Origin: Alphaproteobacteria bacterium | GTDB lineage: Bacteria > Pseudomonadota > Alphaproteobacteria > MPNO01 > VGEU01 | Length of the DNA: 64,000 nucleotides | NCBI GenBank assembly: GCA_016869145.1 | Contig: VGEU01000005.1 | Coordinates: forward strand, 3,605 to 67,604 | Reading direction: 5' to 3' | Part shown: in pieces, positions 62,521 to 64,000 of the stretch | Layout: each line of letters starts with the position of its first letter | Numbering within the stretch: position 1 is the stretch's first letter | The notes under the pieces: model-generated | Databases searched by the model: none | What the model was told of the DNA's origin: nothing | What the model saw: only the letters and a program-made list of their open reading frames with translations | Program-made: the position numbers and the translations under genes

Positions 62521-63573
62521 GTGAGCGGGCCCCTTGTGATCGCGCTGGACGCCATGGGGGGTGACCACGCGCCCGAGATCGTCGTCAAGGGGGCGAACCT
62601 CGCCGGACGGCGCTTTCCCGACGTCCAGTTCCAGCTCTTCGGCAACGAGGCGAAGATCGCACCCTATCTGAAGCGGCGCCCGGGGCTCCGTCGCCGGTGC
62701 ACGATCCGGCATACCGAAATCGCCGTCCGCAACGACGAGCGTCCCTCCGCGGCGCTCCGGCAGGGACGCGATTCCTCGATGCAGCTCGCGATCAACGCCG
62801 TCCGCGACGGCAGCGCCGCCGGCGTCGTATCGGCCGGCAACACCGGTGCGCTGATGGCGATGGCGAAGGTCTCGCTCCGTACGCTGCCGGGGATCGACCG
62901 CCCCGCGATCGCGGCGTTCTTCCCGACCATGGCGGCCGAGAGCGTGATGCTCGATCTCGGCGCCAATATCGAATGCGACGCGCGCAACCTGTTCGAGTTC
63001 GCGATGCTGGGGAGTGCCTTCTCGCGCGTTGTCCTCGGCGTCGAGCGGCCCAAGGTCGGCATCCTCAATGTCGGCGCCGAGGAGCCGAAGGGGAGCGACA
63101 GCGTGCGCGAGGCGGCGGCGATGCTGCGCGCCTATGGCGATATGCCGCTCGAGTTCACGGGCTTCGTCGAGGGCGACGAAATCGCGCGCGGCTCGGTCGA
63201 TGTGATCGTCACCGACGGCTTCACCGGCAATGTCGCGCTCAAGTCGGCCGAGGGCACGGTCCGGCTCTACAGCGAGTTCCTCCGCCGCGCGTTCAAGAGC
63301 TCGATCGCATCCCGCCTCGGCTATCTCCTGGCGCGGCGTGCCTTGCAGAAGCTCAAGGCCCGCGTCGATCCGCGCCGCTACAACGGCGCGGTGTTCCTCG
63401 GCCTCAAGGGCATCGTCGTCAAGAGCCACGGCGGCACGGATGCGTTCGGCTTCGCCAACGCGGTCGGCGTCGCGGTCGACATGGCGCGCAACGGTTTCGG
63501 CGACGTGATCACCGGCGAGCTCGCACGCTACGGCGCCGCGCGGCCCGCGCCGGCCCAGGTGGCGGCGTCCTAA
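62521..63573 (+). CDS. plsX: Phosphate acyltransferase
   Basis: [40 protein letters not shown]. Confidence 0.97.
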   Translation: MSGPLVIALDAMGGDHAPEIVVKGANLAGRRFPDVQFQLFGNEAKIAPYLKRRPGLRRRCTIRHTEIAVRNDERPSAALRQGRDSSMQLAINAVRDGSAAGVVSAGNTGALMAMAKVSLRTLPGIDRPAIAAFFPTMAAESVMLDLGANIECDARNLFEFAMLGSAFSRVVLGVERPKVGILNVGAEEPKGSDSVREAAAMLRAYGDMPLEFTGFVEGDEIARGSVDVIVTDGFTGNVALKSAEGTVRLYSEFLRRAFKSSIASRLGYLLARRALQKLKARVDPRRYNGAVFLGLKGIVVKSHGGTDAFGFANAVGVAVDMARNGFGDVITGELARYGAARPAPAQVAAS

Positions 63574-64000
63574 TGGTGATCCGTTCCATCGTCGCCGGCG
63601 TCGGCGCCTATCTTCCCGCGCGCGCGGTGACCAACGCCGAGCTCGCGGCGCTCGTCGACACCTCCGACGACTGGATCGTGCAGCGGACCGGGATTCGCAA
63701 ACGCCATCTCGCGGCCGAGGGCGAGCTCACCTCCGATCTCGCGCTCCACGCCGGGCGCGCCGCGCTCGATGCCGCGTCGATGAGCGCGCGCGACCTCGAC
63801 CTCGTCATCGTCGCGACGGCGACACCCGACGAGACGTTCCCGGCGACGGCGACGCGCGTGCAGGCCGCGCTCGGCATGACGCGGGGCGCGGCGTTCGACG
63901 TGCAGGCGGTCTGCTCGGGCTTCGTCTACGCCCTCAACGTCGCCGACAATTTCATCCGGGTCGGTCAGTACAAGACCGCGCTCGTGATCGGCGCCGAGAC
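63573..64000 (+). CDS. fabH: Beta-ketoacyl-ACP synthase III, 5' part only
   Basis: Hand translation from ATG 63573: [32 protein letters not shown] (catalytic Cys). Truncated by the window edge. Confidence 0.96.
   Translation, partial: MVIRSIVAGVGAYLPARAVTNAELAALVDTSDDWIVQRTGIRKRHLAAEGELTSDLALHAGRAALDAASMSARDLDLVIVATATPDETFPATATRVQAALGMTRGAAFDVQAVCSGFVYALNVADNFIRVGQYKTALVIGAE

Overview
High-GC (roughly 70% by eye) alphaproteobacterial chromosome segment, probably Rhodospirillales-grade (inferred from CtrA boxes, MucR, LdtR-like MarR and the rel-pdxJ-acpS order). It is mostly core genome: slt-dapA-smpB, udg-NYN-folK-rpoZ-rel-pdxJ-acpS-lepB-rnc-era-recO-parC, a TRAP transporter, ate/bpt, motBA, hemB, metY, rpoH2, livHMGFK, mucR, rpiB-glyA-nrdR-ribD-ribE-ribB(X)-ribH-nusB-thiL, hppA, bamE, cbp3-yceD-rpmF-plsX-fabH. 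I saw no tRNA, rRNA, CRISPR array, IS element, integrase or phage gene. The best candidate for an undescribed system is a divergent pair between gpx and udg: a CADD-like heme-oxygenase-fold diiron enzyme with all six metal ligands but without CADD's self-sacrifice residues (comparison from memory), plus an acyl-CoA ligase, with a dyad and a small coupled uORF between them. Other signals worth checking: four CtrA-type boxes (motA, a fliL-like gene, ldtR/metY, rpoZ); signs of decay in the motility genes (a frameshift in the fliL-like gene, a transition-rich patch in motB, radical MotA substitutions); two small membrane proteins; AT-rich islands inside conserved genes; a structured leader before rpiB-glyA; a Cys-rich MarR facing rpoH2; and repeated 12-14 bp tandem duplications. 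Family comparisons are from memory, no searches were run, and several anomalies could be assembly errors.
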